Under the pieces are notes generated by a model. That model worked only from the letters and a program-made list of their open reading frames with translations, was not told the DNA's origin and searched no databases. The translations under genes were made by a program, and so were the position numbers. Shown here piece by piece: positions 24,142-33,256 of a stretch of 64,000 bases of DNA. The DNA comes from Bacteroidales bacterium. GTDB taxonomy: Bacteria; Bacteroidota; Bacteroidia; Bacteroidales; JACABE01. Position 1 is the stretch's first letter, and every line of letters begins with the position of its first letter. The DNA lies in assembly GCA_038204725.1 (NCBI GenBank), contig JBBRCQ010000010.1, forward strand, positions 9,072 to 73,071, given 5' to 3'.

Positions 24142-26148
24142 ATGTTTGTAAGGGAACAGAATATTCAAAATACAACTTCAGCAATCAATGACGAATTTAA
24201 ATTCAATGTTGAACAATTTGCAGACATAAAAATCATGCGGTTTCAGGTTACTGCATGGGATACATTAACTGTTTTGCAAAAGGAATTGATTTATTATCTG
24301 AGTGAAGCTGCAAAAGCAGGACGCGATATCATCTGGGATCAGAATTTTAAATACAACCTGCTTATAAGAAAAACATTGGAAGCTATTGTTGATAGTTATA
24401 ATGGAGATAAAAGCACAGAAGATTATACGAAATTCATGGTATATATCAAAAGAATCTGGTTTTCGAAAGGTATTCACCATCATAATTCATCCGACAAATT
24501 TATTCCGGAATTCACGGCTGATTATTTTATTGAATTGATAAAAAACAGTGATGAAGCAAAACTTCCTTTATCACAAGATGAAACAACAGATCAATTGATA
24601 GAAAAACTAATTCCGGTACTTTTCGATCCGGAAGTATTTCCTAAAAAAGTAAGTCTGGATGCAAATAAGGATTTACTAAAAAACTCTGCTACAAACTTTT
24701 ACGAAGGTATTACTGAAAAGGAAGCCGAAGATTTTTACAACAACCTGAAGAATACGAATGAAATGAATCCGATTTCTTATGGTTTAAATTCCAAATTGAT
24801 CAAAGAAAAAGGCAAGTTGTTTGAAAAAACTTACAAAGTAAATGGTATGTATGGTAAAGCAATTGAACAAATTGCCTTTTGGCTTGAAAAAGCAATGAAA
24901 GTAGCTGAAAACGAACATCAGCAAAAAAACATACTTCATCTGATTTCTTTTTACAAAACAGGAAATTTAAAACAATGGGATGCTTACAACATTTCATGGG
25001 TAAGTGATCATGAATCACATGTAGATTTTATAAATGGGTTTATTGAAGTATACGAAGATCCTTTAGGTTTGAAAGCTAGCTGGGAATCACTTGTAAATTT
25101 TAAAGATATTGAAGCAACAAAGCGGACAACTATCATCAGTGAATCGGCACAATGGTTCGAGGATCATTCTCCTGTAGATGTAAATTTTAAGAAAAAAGAA
25201 GTAAAAGGTATCAGTGCCAAAGTGATTACCGTAGTTCAGTTGGGGGGTGAATGTTATCCCACTTCACCTATCGGTATCAATTTACCCAATGCCGACTGGA
25301 TCCGAAAAGAACACGGGAGCAAATCGGTAACGCTTGAAAATATCACCTATGCGCATGAACAAGCTTCACTGGGGAATGGATTTCTGGAAGAATTTGCCAA
25401 TACTCCAGAAGAAGTAGAAATGGCAAAAAAATACGGAGCTTTGGCCGGGAATCTACATACCGATTTACACGAATGTTTGGGACACGGCTCAGGACAATTG
25501 CTTGACGGTATAAATCCTGATGCGTTGAAAAGTTATGCATCTGCATTGGAAGAAGCAAGAGCCGATTTATATGCACTGTATTTTATGATGGATGAAAAAA
25601 TGCTTGAACTTCAACTTTTTCCTGCTTTAGATGTGGCTAAAACCGAATACAATAATTTCATGCGTAATGGATTGATGACACAATTGGTTCGCATAGATGA
25701 AGGTAAAACCATTGAACAAGCGCACATGCGAAACCGACAGTTGATTGCAGGATGGTGTTATGAAATGGGACAAAAAGAAAATACCATCGAAAAATATAAA
25801 AAAGATCAAAAAACCTATATCAAAATAAACGATTACAATCAATTAAGAGTTTTATTCGGCCAATTACTAGCTGAAGTGCAACGTATTAAATCGGAAGGTG
25901 ATTACGAAGCCGGTAAATTATTGGTTGAAAAATATGGTGTTAAAGTAGATGTTGTTTTACATAAGGAAGTTAAAGAACGTTATGCAAAATTAAACCTTGC
26001 CCCTTATGGTGGTTTTATGAATCCTGATCTGGTACCGATTTTGAAAGATGAGAAAATTATAGATGTAAAAATAGAGTATCCTGATGATTATGTAAAACAA
26101 ATGATGGATTATGGGAAAAACTACTCATTTTTGCCTGTTGTTAATTAG
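24142..26148 (+). CDS. Dipeptidyl-peptidase III (M49 zinc peptidase)
   Basis: 668 aa with zinc motifs HECLGH and EEARAD, as in bacterial DPP III. Confidence 0.85.
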   Translation: MFVREQNIQNTTSAINDEFKFNVEQFADIKIMRFQVTAWDTLTVLQKELIYYLSEAAKAGRDIIWDQNFKYNLLIRKTLEAIVDSYNGDKSTEDYTKFMVYIKRIWFSKGIHHHNSSDKFIPEFTADYFIELIKNSDEAKLPLSQDETTDQLIEKLIPVLFDPEVFPKKVSLDANKDLLKNSATNFYEGITEKEAEDFYNNLKNTNEMNPISYGLNSKLIKEKGKLFEKTYKVNGMYGKAIEQIAFWLEKAMKVAENEHQQKNILHLISFYKTGNLKQWDAYNISWVSDHESHVDFINGFIEVYEDPLGLKASWESLVNFKDIEATKRTTIISESAQWFEDHSPVDVNFKKKEVKGISAKVITVVQLGGECYPTSPIGINLPNADWIRKEHGSKSVTLENITYAHEQASLGNGFLEEFANTPEEVEMAKKYGALAGNLHTDLHECLGHGSGQLLDGINPDALKSYASALEEARADLYALYFMMDEKMLELQLFPALDVAKTEYNNFMRNGLMTQLVRIDEGKTIEQAHMRNRQLIAGWCYEMGQKENTIEKYKKDQKTYIKINDYNQLRVLFGQLLAEVQRIKSEGDYEAGKLLVEKYGVKVDVVLHKEVKERYAKLNLAPYGGFMNPDLVPILKDEKIIDVKIEYPDDYVKQMMDYGKNYSFLPVVN

Positions 26149-26149
26149 A

Positions 26150-26700
26150 TAAAAAGTCGGAAGACCGAAGACCGAAGACCGAAGACCGAAGTCAAAAGAA
26201 AAACCTCCGGAAGAAGCCGAGTCAAGGTTGTTAAGTGAAGTCGAAGTATGGTTACTGAGCGAAGTCGAAGTATGGTTACTGAGCGAAGTCGAAGTATGAG
26301 CTATAAGGGAGGGGTGGATTATGATTACCGAGCTACAATTTCCACTAAGCGACAGCTTAGTCCCGAGCTACAATTTCTTACGAAGGATGAGTTAGAAATT
26401 GTTATTCGGGAAGTTAGAAATTGTTATTCGAGAATGGTTAATGGGGTTATTGGTTAATGGTTAATAGGTTAATAGGAATAAAAACACTAACCACAAAACA
26501 AAAATCTATCAATCTTCAACTACTCAATCACCTCCCATTATAGGGGAGGTAAGGGAGTGGTGAATGATAGTTACCGAGATACAATTTCCGCTAAGCGACA
26601 GCTTAGACCCGAGTTAAGTTAGAAATTATTATTCGGGAAAGGTTGTTATTCGGGATTGATTTATTTGTGAAACTTTGTAAATCATTAATCGTTAATAATA
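26150..26700. repeat. Composite intergenic repeat mosaic: (GAAGACC)x4.8, a 24-mer x2.7, a 22-mer x2, GGTTAATR arrays and two copies of a hairpin repeat
   Basis: GAAGACC array at 26160-26193. GAAGTCGAAGTATGGTTACTGAGC array at 26237-26300. GTTAGAAATTGTTATTCGGGAA x2 at 26391-26434. The 45-bp segments 26323-26367 and 26569-26613 are about 90% identical and are found again inverted at 40813-40866. Confidence 0.9.
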
Positions 26701-26779
26701 AATCAAAAATAATTACAGCGAACAACTGAATAAAGAATTATTAAAAATAAAAATTACAAACATCTAAAATCAAATATAT

Positions 26780-27427
26780 ATGAAAAAATTTGTAGCTCCT
26801 TCCCTATTATCCGCTAATTTTGCCTGCCTGGAAAAGGACATTGAAATGATCAATATGAGTGAAGCCGGATGGTTTCATATTGATGTGATGGATGGCGTTT
26901 TTGTTCCTAATATTTCATTTGGGCCACCGGTTATCAAATATATAAAAAAGTTTGCCCAAAAGCCATTGGATGTTCATTTAATGATTGTCGATCCTGATCG
27001 CTATTTTCAGGTATTCAAAGAAGTGGGTGCTGATATTATTACTGTGCATTACGAAGCCTGTATCCATTTAAATCGCTCAATTACTGCAGTTAAAAATCTG
27101 AATATGCAGGCAGGAGTTGTCTTAAACCCACATACCAATGTTGGTTTACTCGAAAATATTATCACTGAACTTGATTTGGTTTTATTAATGTCAGTAAATC
27201 CTGGATATGGCGGACAAAAATTCATTGAAAATACATATCGCAAGATCAGTCAACTCAAAGAAATGATTGCAAAACACAATCCTGATTGCTTAATAGAAGT
27301 GGATGGTGGTGTAGATACCGGTAATGCTTCAAAATTATACAAAGCAGGCGCTGATGTATTGGTGGCAGGCAACAGTGTTTTTGGATCAGCAAATCCAATG
27401 GAAGCTATACGGTTGTTGAGTTACTAA
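26780..27427 (+). CDS. rpe: Ribulose-phosphate 3-epimerase
   Basis: 215 aa. PSLLSANF, HIDVMDG.FVPN and VDGG motifs. Confidence 0.9.
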   Translation: MKKFVAPSLLSANFACLEKDIEMINMSEAGWFHIDVMDGVFVPNISFGPPVIKYIKKFAQKPLDVHLMIVDPDRYFQVFKEVGADIITVHYEACIHLNRSITAVKNLNMQAGVVLNPHTNVGLLENIITELDLVLLMSVNPGYGGQKFIENTYRKISQLKEMIAKHNPDCLIEVDGGVDTGNASKLYKAGADVLVAGNSVFGSANPMEAIRLLSY

Positions 27428-27438
27428 GGTGATGATTT

Positions 27439-27485
27439 AGCGAGTGAGCGAGTGAGCGAATGGGCGAAAGGGCGAATGGACGATG
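27439..27485. repeat. Phased 8-nt tandem array (AGCGARTG-like, about 6 units)
   Basis: agcgagtg agcgagtg agcgaatg ggcgaaag ggcgaatg gacgatg, starting 12 nt after the rpe stop. Confidence 0.85.
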
Positions 27486-27560
27486 TCAAACATTATCTTA
27501 GTTCTGGTATATATATTTTTACCAAGTTGGGATATTACCAATCATTCACCCATTATAGTT

Positions 27561-27887
27561 TTACTGAACACTCACAGTTCCATTCATTCCGCTATGGTGT
27601 ATGCAATGATAAGGAAAATTACCTGCGGTAGAAAAAGTAAATGAAAATGTTTTGGAATTCCCCATATCACCACTGTTGAAAATATTGTTGTCACTGGTTA
27701 CTGTATGGATTACAGATTCTTTGTTGGTCCATGTTACTGTAGATCCTTTAGTTACAGTAAGTGAAACAGGCGAAAACATATTTCCTGACATAAAAACCTC
27801 ATTGGTTCCCGGCTTTGGAACTTCATCTTTTGAACAGCTGGAAACAATAAGGATGAACATTGCTATCATTAAAATTTTTGCTTTCAT
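27561..27887 (-). CDS. Type-1 copper (cupredoxin, amicyanin/pseudoazurin-like) lipoprotein
   Basis: 108 aa, lipobox VSSC followed by SKDE. Ligand pattern VIHTV ... YHCIHHSGM (Cys-x2-His-x2-Met). Confidence 0.75.
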   Translation of the reverse strand: MKAKILMIAMFILIVSSCSKDEVPKPGTNEVFMSGNMFSPVSLTVTKGSTVTWTNKESVIHTVTSDNNIFNSGDMGNSKTFSFTFSTAGNFPYHCIHHSGMNGTVSVQ

Positions 27888-28055
27888 TTTGAAAAGATTT
27901 AAGAATAAAATATAAGTTTATAATACTATTATTTAGATAATTGCATAATAAATTTATCAATCAATTTTAAGATATTATTTCAATAGTAATTGCATTTATT
28001 TATGCAATTAAAAACAATGAAACATTTGTGTTTAAGAAAAGTTTAAAATAACTTT

Positions 28056-29132
28056 TTACTTTAACCTTTCTATCCCCAGATCACGAGCAATTTGATGTAA
28101 ATCATCCACTACTTTATCCAGCACTGGAATACCTTCTTTCATTCTAATGGCTTCCCATGCCCTTTCGGGCTCACCGGGTATGATTACTTTTTCCTGTCCT
28201 TCTATAGTTTTTGCATTTTTAAAAGTTGAAATCCAGAGATCCATCTGCTTTTTAAATTCATCAACGGTTTGAAACGCATCAATACGCATGGCTCCGAAAA
28301 AATGGCCGGTGCCGATACCCGGAGCATTATCCAATACAGGCAAAAAAGCTACTGAAGGTGGTACAAAAGGTCCGAAATTGGCACCCGATAACAAAGCAGA
28401 AAAAATATCAACCACTGCTCCCATACAATACCCTTTATGACTTCCATGCAGATAATCACCACCCAGAGGCAAAATAGCGCCACCCCGAGTTAATATATCC
28501 GGATCATCACTCGAAACACCTGTTTTATCCTGCACATATCCTTCCGGCACTTTTAAACCTTTTTTATGCATAATATCCAGTTTGCCTCTGGCAATGGGAG
28601 TTGTGGCAAAATCAGCAACAAAAGGAGGATGATTTCCAGCTGGAATAGCTACTGCTATCGGATTGGTACCCAGCAGTCTGTCAACAGAAAATGTAGGAGC
28701 AACCAGTGGATTAGCATTGGTCATTGTAATGCCGATCATATCATGTTCCAAAGCCATCATGGCATAATAACCGGCAATACCAAAATGGTTGGAATTGCGA
28801 ACCGAAACCCAACCAGTACCAACATGATGAGCCTTTGCAATAGCCAGTTGCATGGCCGATTTACCTACCACCATCCCAAGGCCTGCACCTCCATCGATAA
28901 CACCTGTAGACAGTGTTTCATGTACGATTTCTATAGTTGGATTTGCATTGATACGCTTCGATTTCCATAAATTCACATAATCTTTCAAGCGGGAAACACC
29001 ATGCGAACTGATATTCCGCAATTCAGCAGCCATCAGAACATCAGCAGTTATTTCCGCATGTTCTTGTGGGCAACCCATTTGTTTACAGACGTTTAATATA
29101 AAATAACGGAGTTGAAGATAAGTATAAGTCAT
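28056..29132 (-). CDS. Ldh_2-family (malate/L-lactate/ureidoglycolate type) NAD(P)H oxidoreductase
   Basis: 358 aa. SHG(V)SR, NSNHFG and GxxKG patterns are typical of this family. Confidence 0.75.
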   Translation of the reverse strand: MTYTYLQLRYFILNVCKQMGCPQEHAEITADVLMAAELRNISSHGVSRLKDYVNLWKSKRINANPTIEIVHETLSTGVIDGGAGLGMVVGKSAMQLAIAKAHHVGTGWVSVRNSNHFGIAGYYAMMALEHDMIGITMTNANPLVAPTFSVDRLLGTNPIAVAIPAGNHPPFVADFATTPIARGKLDIMHKKGLKVPEGYVQDKTGVSSDDPDILTRGGAILPLGGDYLHGSHKGYCMGAVVDIFSALLSGANFGPFVPPSVAFLPVLDNAPGIGTGHFFGAMRIDAFQTVDEFKKQMDLWISTFKNAKTIEGQEKVIIPGEPERAWEAIRMKEGIPVLDKVVDDLHQIARDLGIERLK

Positions 29133-29207
29133 ATTTTTGGAATGAATTGTATTATAATCTGCAAAAATATTTAATTTTGTGATACAGAATCTTTAAATTA
29201 TGAAATC

Positions 29208-29717
29208 ATGCATACTATTTATTATTCCGAAGAACAAAAAGTCACCAATAAATGGCTGTGGCTTCTGATGGCTACTATAACTGTAGTTTATATTTATGGA
29301 TTTACGGAACAACTTATTTTAAAGCAACCTTTTGGGCAAAATCCTGCTCCCGACTGGTTTTTAGCTATCATTGGGCTGATTCCTTTGAGTTTGTTATTTT
29401 TAATGTCTACCATAAAATTCAGTGTTCAAATCAATGAAGAAGGTATCAACTACAGATTTTATCCATTTCACCTGAGTGATAAAAAGATTAATTGGGATGA
29501 CATTGCAAGCATTTATGTCAGGAAATACAACCCCATCAGGGAATATGGCGGTTGGGGCATCAGAACACTTTCGTTTACAAGAAATATTGCCTATAACATC
29601 TCGGGTAATGATGGACTGCAGATTGAATTAAAAAATGGGAAAAAAATACTTTTCGGTACACAAAACCCTGAAGAACTGGAAAAATATCTTTCACATCTTA
29701 ACAAAATCAAAGAATAA
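29208..29717 (+). CDS. Hypothetical membrane protein (2 TM plus a small C-terminal soluble domain)
   Basis: 169 aa ORF with two hydrophobic helices. No motif I can assign. Confidence 0.5.
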   Translation: MHTIYYSEEQKVTNKWLWLLMATITVVYIYGFTEQLILKQPFGQNPAPDWFLAIIGLIPLSLLFLMSTIKFSVQINEEGINYRFYPFHLSDKKINWDDIASIYVRKYNPIREYGGWGIRTLSFTRNIAYNISGNDGLQIELKNGKKILFGTQNPEELEKYLSHLNKIKE

Positions 29718-29751
29718 ACCTTTGTAATGAGGGTAACTATTACTTATCTAT

Positions 29752-30076
29752 ACCAATCAAGGGTTGAATTCAGGATTATTAAAACTATTAACATTACTGA
29801 TAATACATGACCTTTAAGATTTCGACTAAATTCGTTTCAAAAATTTTCAGCTAGTTTAAGGTAATCAATGAATGGTTACTTTCTCAGTAGGAGAACAATG
29901 TCAATAGAAAAACATCAGGGATCATGATTTTTTTCCCGCAGGAAATATACCTGGCATTTAAAATCTATAATTGTTAATGTCCTACGGACAAAAGAAACAT
30001 TTTATACTATTTTTCTATTGACATTTATGCCCTAACGGGCAAAAAAAAATAAAAATAATTCAACTCTTGATTCGCA
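29752..30076. mobile_element. MITE-like non-coding insertion with nested inverted repeats and an 8-bp flanking direct repeat
   Basis: Outer arms AATCAAGGGTTGAATT (29755-29770) and AATTCAACTCTTGATT (30057-30072) pair at 15/16. Inner arms AATGTCAATAGAAAAA (29898-29913) pair perfectly with the complement near 30011-30026. TTATCTAT occurs on both flanks (29744-29751 and 30077-30084). No ORF. Confidence 0.45.
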
Positions 30077-30230
30077 TTATCTATTCTGATTTACCTCAAT
30101 TATATTTAGAATTTGAAGCGACCAAATCAACTTAAGTACAATTATTTTTAATTATCTATTGAAATTCCTTAACCATGACGCAGAATGGTATTTTTTTTAT
30201 ACTTTTACAAATTCAAAACAGGAATCAAAA

Positions 30231-30905
30231 ATGGCTTTAGATATCATCATCGAACTCGAAAATTTATCAGTCTATCAAAAAGATATATTAATACTTTCGG
30301 AAGTAAACCTTAGCATTGAGAAAGGTGAATTTGTATATTTAGTTGGAAAAACCGGAACCGGAAAAAGCTCATTGCTTAAAACATTGTATGCTGACTTGCA
30401 GGTAGTGGAAGGAAATGCTATGGTGGCTGATTTCAATTTAAAAACCATCAAAACCAAAGAAATTCCTTTTTTAAGACGAAAATTAGGTATCGTTTTTCAG
30501 GATTTCCAATTGTTGATTGACAGAAGTATAAAGGAAAACCTTGTATTCGTGCTCAAAGCCACCGGCTGGAAAAACAAAAATGACATGGACGAAAGAATTA
30601 AGGAAGTCCTGGATAAAGTTGGAATGGGCACCAAAGGTTTTAAAATGCCACACCAATTGTCGGGTGGTGAACAACAAAGAGTTTCTATTGCAAGAGCATT
30701 GCTCAACGACCCTGAAATTATACTTGCAGATGAACCCACAGGAAATCTGGATCCGGAAACGTCTGAAGGAATCATCAAACTACTCATCGATATCAGTAAA
30801 AACGGAAGAGCTGTTTTAATGGCTTCACATGACTTTATGATGATTGAAAAATTCCCATCCCGTACGTTAAGATGCGAAAATGGAAAAGTTTCACCCGAAA
30901 ATTAA
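30231..30905 (+). CDS. ftsE: Cell-division ABC ATPase FtsE
   Basis: Walker A GKTGTGKSS, signature LSGGEQQR and Walker B ILADEPTGNLD. Start moved to Met 30231 (MALDIIIELENL). Confidence 0.8.
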   Translation: MALDIIIELENLSVYQKDILILSEVNLSIEKGEFVYLVGKTGTGKSSLLKTLYADLQVVEGNAMVADFNLKTIKTKEIPFLRRKLGIVFQDFQLLIDRSIKENLVFVLKATGWKNKNDMDERIKEVLDKVGMGTKGFKMPHQLSGGEQQRVSIARALLNDPEIILADEPTGNLDPETSEGIIKLLIDISKNGRAVLMASHDFMMIEKFPSRTLRCENGKVSPEN

Positions 30906-32015
30906 ATGGATCAATCGATGAGCATTTAGATCATTGGAAAAGTTTTCTTGAAGTAGCTTTTGTCTTCTGATTACTTCATCAATATCAAATTCACCTACAT
31001 ACAACTGAAGTAACTTTTCTTTTAAAGTTTCAGAAGTATCGGCAATTTCACACAATGCATCCAAACCGGTTCCTGCAAGCATATGATGGTTGACCAGACA
31101 AAAACGGCCATTGTACAATGTATTTAACAGTTTTAATTTTAAACCGGTCGCCTGAAAGGTAACCAGCAAATTAATCTGAGCGTTTTGCACCAACTCTGTC
31201 ATGGTATCGTTATCGGGATTAGCGATCAATTCAACATGATCGTATTTTGCAACCAGATTTTGCAGTCTTTTGGATGGATTTAAGCCTGCAATTTTCAATG
31301 GAATATCAATGTTGTTAAATACTTCTTTGATTAAATAAGTAACCGCATATTCATTCTCCGGTACCGATAAATTTCCGTGGTACAGCACATACTCACCTAC
31401 ACCTGCTTTTACTGTAGAATGCTCATTCGGATGAAAACTCGGTAGATATACAATTTTGTTATTAAATTTTCTTTGCAGATAATCTGTATCATTTTGCGAA
31501 ACTACCAGCATTAAATCAGCATGTTTCAATACTTGCTGATAAAAGCGGAGTTTAATACCTGCCATTAAAAAATAAAATTTAAGCAATGGATTTTTTTCAG
31601 AACGGAATAAGTTTAAATAATAGATATGTTCGATATTGCTTTCACGAAATATTTTCATCCTGCTTTTCAACCGTTTGTCATTCAGGTAAAAACAAGAATG
31701 CAAACCCTCAAACAAAATAGGGTAATTGTCGTTCAGTAAATTACTCATCAATTTTTCGGATTTACGACTTGCAACGATGTAAGGCTTCACAGTAAGTGCT
31801 GCAAAAAAACTAGTATTCCGTTTGTAATAATGAACGCTTTCGCAAAAAACAGCCAGCTCTTCCGGAATTTTTCTGCCATATTCAAAACAATGCAATTGAA
31901 TTTTCACACCTAAGGCATGCAAAGCCTTAATCTTATAAAAAACATCAATCACACCACCATAATTGGGTGGATAAGGTACATTGAAAGAGATGATATGCAA
32001 ATGATTGTCAGACAT
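30891..32015 (-). CDS. Glycosyltransferase (GT1/GT4-like)
   Basis: 374 aa. N-terminal ...FNVPYPPNYGGVIDVFYKI is typical of GT4-type enzymes. Overlaps the upstream GT gene by 8 nt. Confidence 0.7.
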   Translation of the reverse strand: MSDNHLHIISFNVPYPPNYGGVIDVFYKIKALHALGVKIQLHCFEYGRKIPEELAVFCESVHYYKRNTSFFAALTVKPYIVASRKSEKLMSNLLNDNYPILFEGLHSCFYLNDKRLKSRMKIFRESNIEHIYYLNLFRSEKNPLLKFYFLMAGIKLRFYQQVLKHADLMLVVSQNDTDYLQRKFNNKIVYLPSFHPNEHSTVKAGVGEYVLYHGNLSVPENEYAVTYLIKEVFNNIDIPLKIAGLNPSKRLQNLVAKYDHVELIANPDNDTMTELVQNAQINLLVTFQATGLKLKLLNTLYNGRFCLVNHHMLAGTGLDALCEIADTSETLKEKLLQLYVGEFDIDEVIRRQKLLQENFSNDLNAHRLIHLIFG

Positions 32016-33123
32016 ATTTTTGATACACTTTGATTAATTCTTTTTCTTCGTTTTCCCAATTCAGTGCTTCGTTGGCTAAAATGGTATTTTTACGGTAATC
32101 AGCCAATTTTGATTCATCCGAAATTAATTGATGGATATGAGTTGCAATATGTTCAGGTTGATGATCAATTAATATTTCGCCGATATTATATTTTTCAATC
32201 ACTTTTCTGATTTCGCAAAGATCAGATGACAAAACCGGGATTCCTGCACTTATGTAATCGAATAACTTATTGGGCAAGCTAAAACGATAATTAATATTGG
32301 TATTTTTATCCAGCGTTAAACCCAAATCAGCTAAAACCGTATAATTATACAATTCGTCGAAAGGAAGTCTGGGGATAAAGCGTATTTTATCATTTAGTTG
32401 CAGTGACTTTACCTGTATTTTGAGATCTTCAATCACATCGCCACCACCAATGATGAGCAATACGGCATTGTTAACCCATTGCATGGCATCAATAAGCTCT
32501 TCTACACCCCTATCTACATTGATGCCTGCACCTTGTAGCAATAATATTTTTTTATCCTCCGGCAGGCTCAAATCCTGTCTTGTTTTTGTAATGCTGCTGT
32601 GCCGTTTAAGCGGTATATTTCTTACTACTTTTACATCAATGTTGTATTGCTTCTTATATAAATCAGCTATGGAATCGTTTACAGTAAAAACGTGTTTTAA
32701 ACGCGGGAAAATGAATTTTTCGATGCTCAACCAGCATTTACGCGCAAAATGATTGCTTTCCAGCTCAGGGACTCCGCAAAAGTACTCATGGCTATCGTAA
32801 ACCAAAGGAATTCTTTTAATTTTACTGACCAGATAATTAGGCAACAAAGTATCCAGATCGTTGGCAATCAACAAATCTGATTTTTGAAACAATAAAAAGA
32901 AAAACAACCTGAAATTGAATTCGGCATAAAAAACGGCTTCTTTCTCGAACAAAAGGCGCATTCGCTCAGTAATATATGAACGTGTAGTTAAAGGCTGACT
33001 ATCATGTTTATAGCGACCAACCAATACCACCTCAAAACCACATTTCATGAGTGTTTTACATACTTTATCCACCCGCTGGTCGGTTGATAAATCGTTAATA
33101 ACCGAAACTATCGCTCTTTTCAA
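32008..33123 (-). CDS. Glycosyltransferase family 4-like
   Basis: 371 aa with a GT-B fold pattern (C-terminal ...LPNKLFDYISAGIPVLSS). Confidence 0.7.
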   Translation of the reverse strand: MKRAIVSVINDLSTDQRVDKVCKTLMKCGFEVVLVGRYKHDSQPLTTRSYITERMRLLFEKEAVFYAEFNFRLFFFLLFQKSDLLIANDLDTLLPNYLVSKIKRIPLVYDSHEYFCGVPELESNHFARKCWLSIEKFIFPRLKHVFTVNDSIADLYKKQYNIDVKVVRNIPLKRHSSITKTRQDLSLPEDKKILLLQGAGINVDRGVEELIDAMQWVNNAVLLIIGGGDVIEDLKIQVKSLQLNDKIRFIPRLPFDELYNYTVLADLGLTLDKNTNINYRFSLPNKLFDYISAGIPVLSSDLCEIRKVIEKYNIGEILIDHQPEHIATHIHQLISDESKLADYRKNTILANEALNWENEEKELIKVYQKYV

Positions 33124-33205
33124 TTTGAAATGTGTATTAAAAAAGCAAATGTATAACTTTTATGGAATACATCAAAGAATATCATGCTCCTTTTAGTATT
33201 ATTTC

Positions 33206-33213
33206 TAAATTTG
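33206..33213 (+). promoter_or_regulatory. -7 promoter box TAAATTTG
   Basis: TAnnTTTG match 44 bp upstream of the ATG at 33257. Confidence 0.45.
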
Positions 33214-33256
33214 CATAAAATTAGAAACAATATTCTTTTTATCAGCTATCCCAAAA

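Noticed and set aside
26248-26457. 69-aa ORF (MVTERSRSMVTERSRSM…)
   Set aside because: It reads through the 24-mer and 22-mer tandem repeats. Its repetitive peptide mirrors the DNA repeat, so it is not a gene.
26150-26700. Possible CRISPR array, considered for this and the other tandem arrays (40440, 44898, 49662)
   Set aside because: The units are 7-24 nt and directly abutting, with no unique spacers of 25-40 nt. There is no leader and there are no cas genes in the window.
30497-30819. ORFs 30497-30787 (minus) and 30541-30819 (plus, alternate frame) inside ftsE
   Set aside because: These are the typical shadow ORFs antisense to, or out of frame with, an ABC ATPase gene. The ftsE frame carries the Walker A, signature and Walker B motifs.
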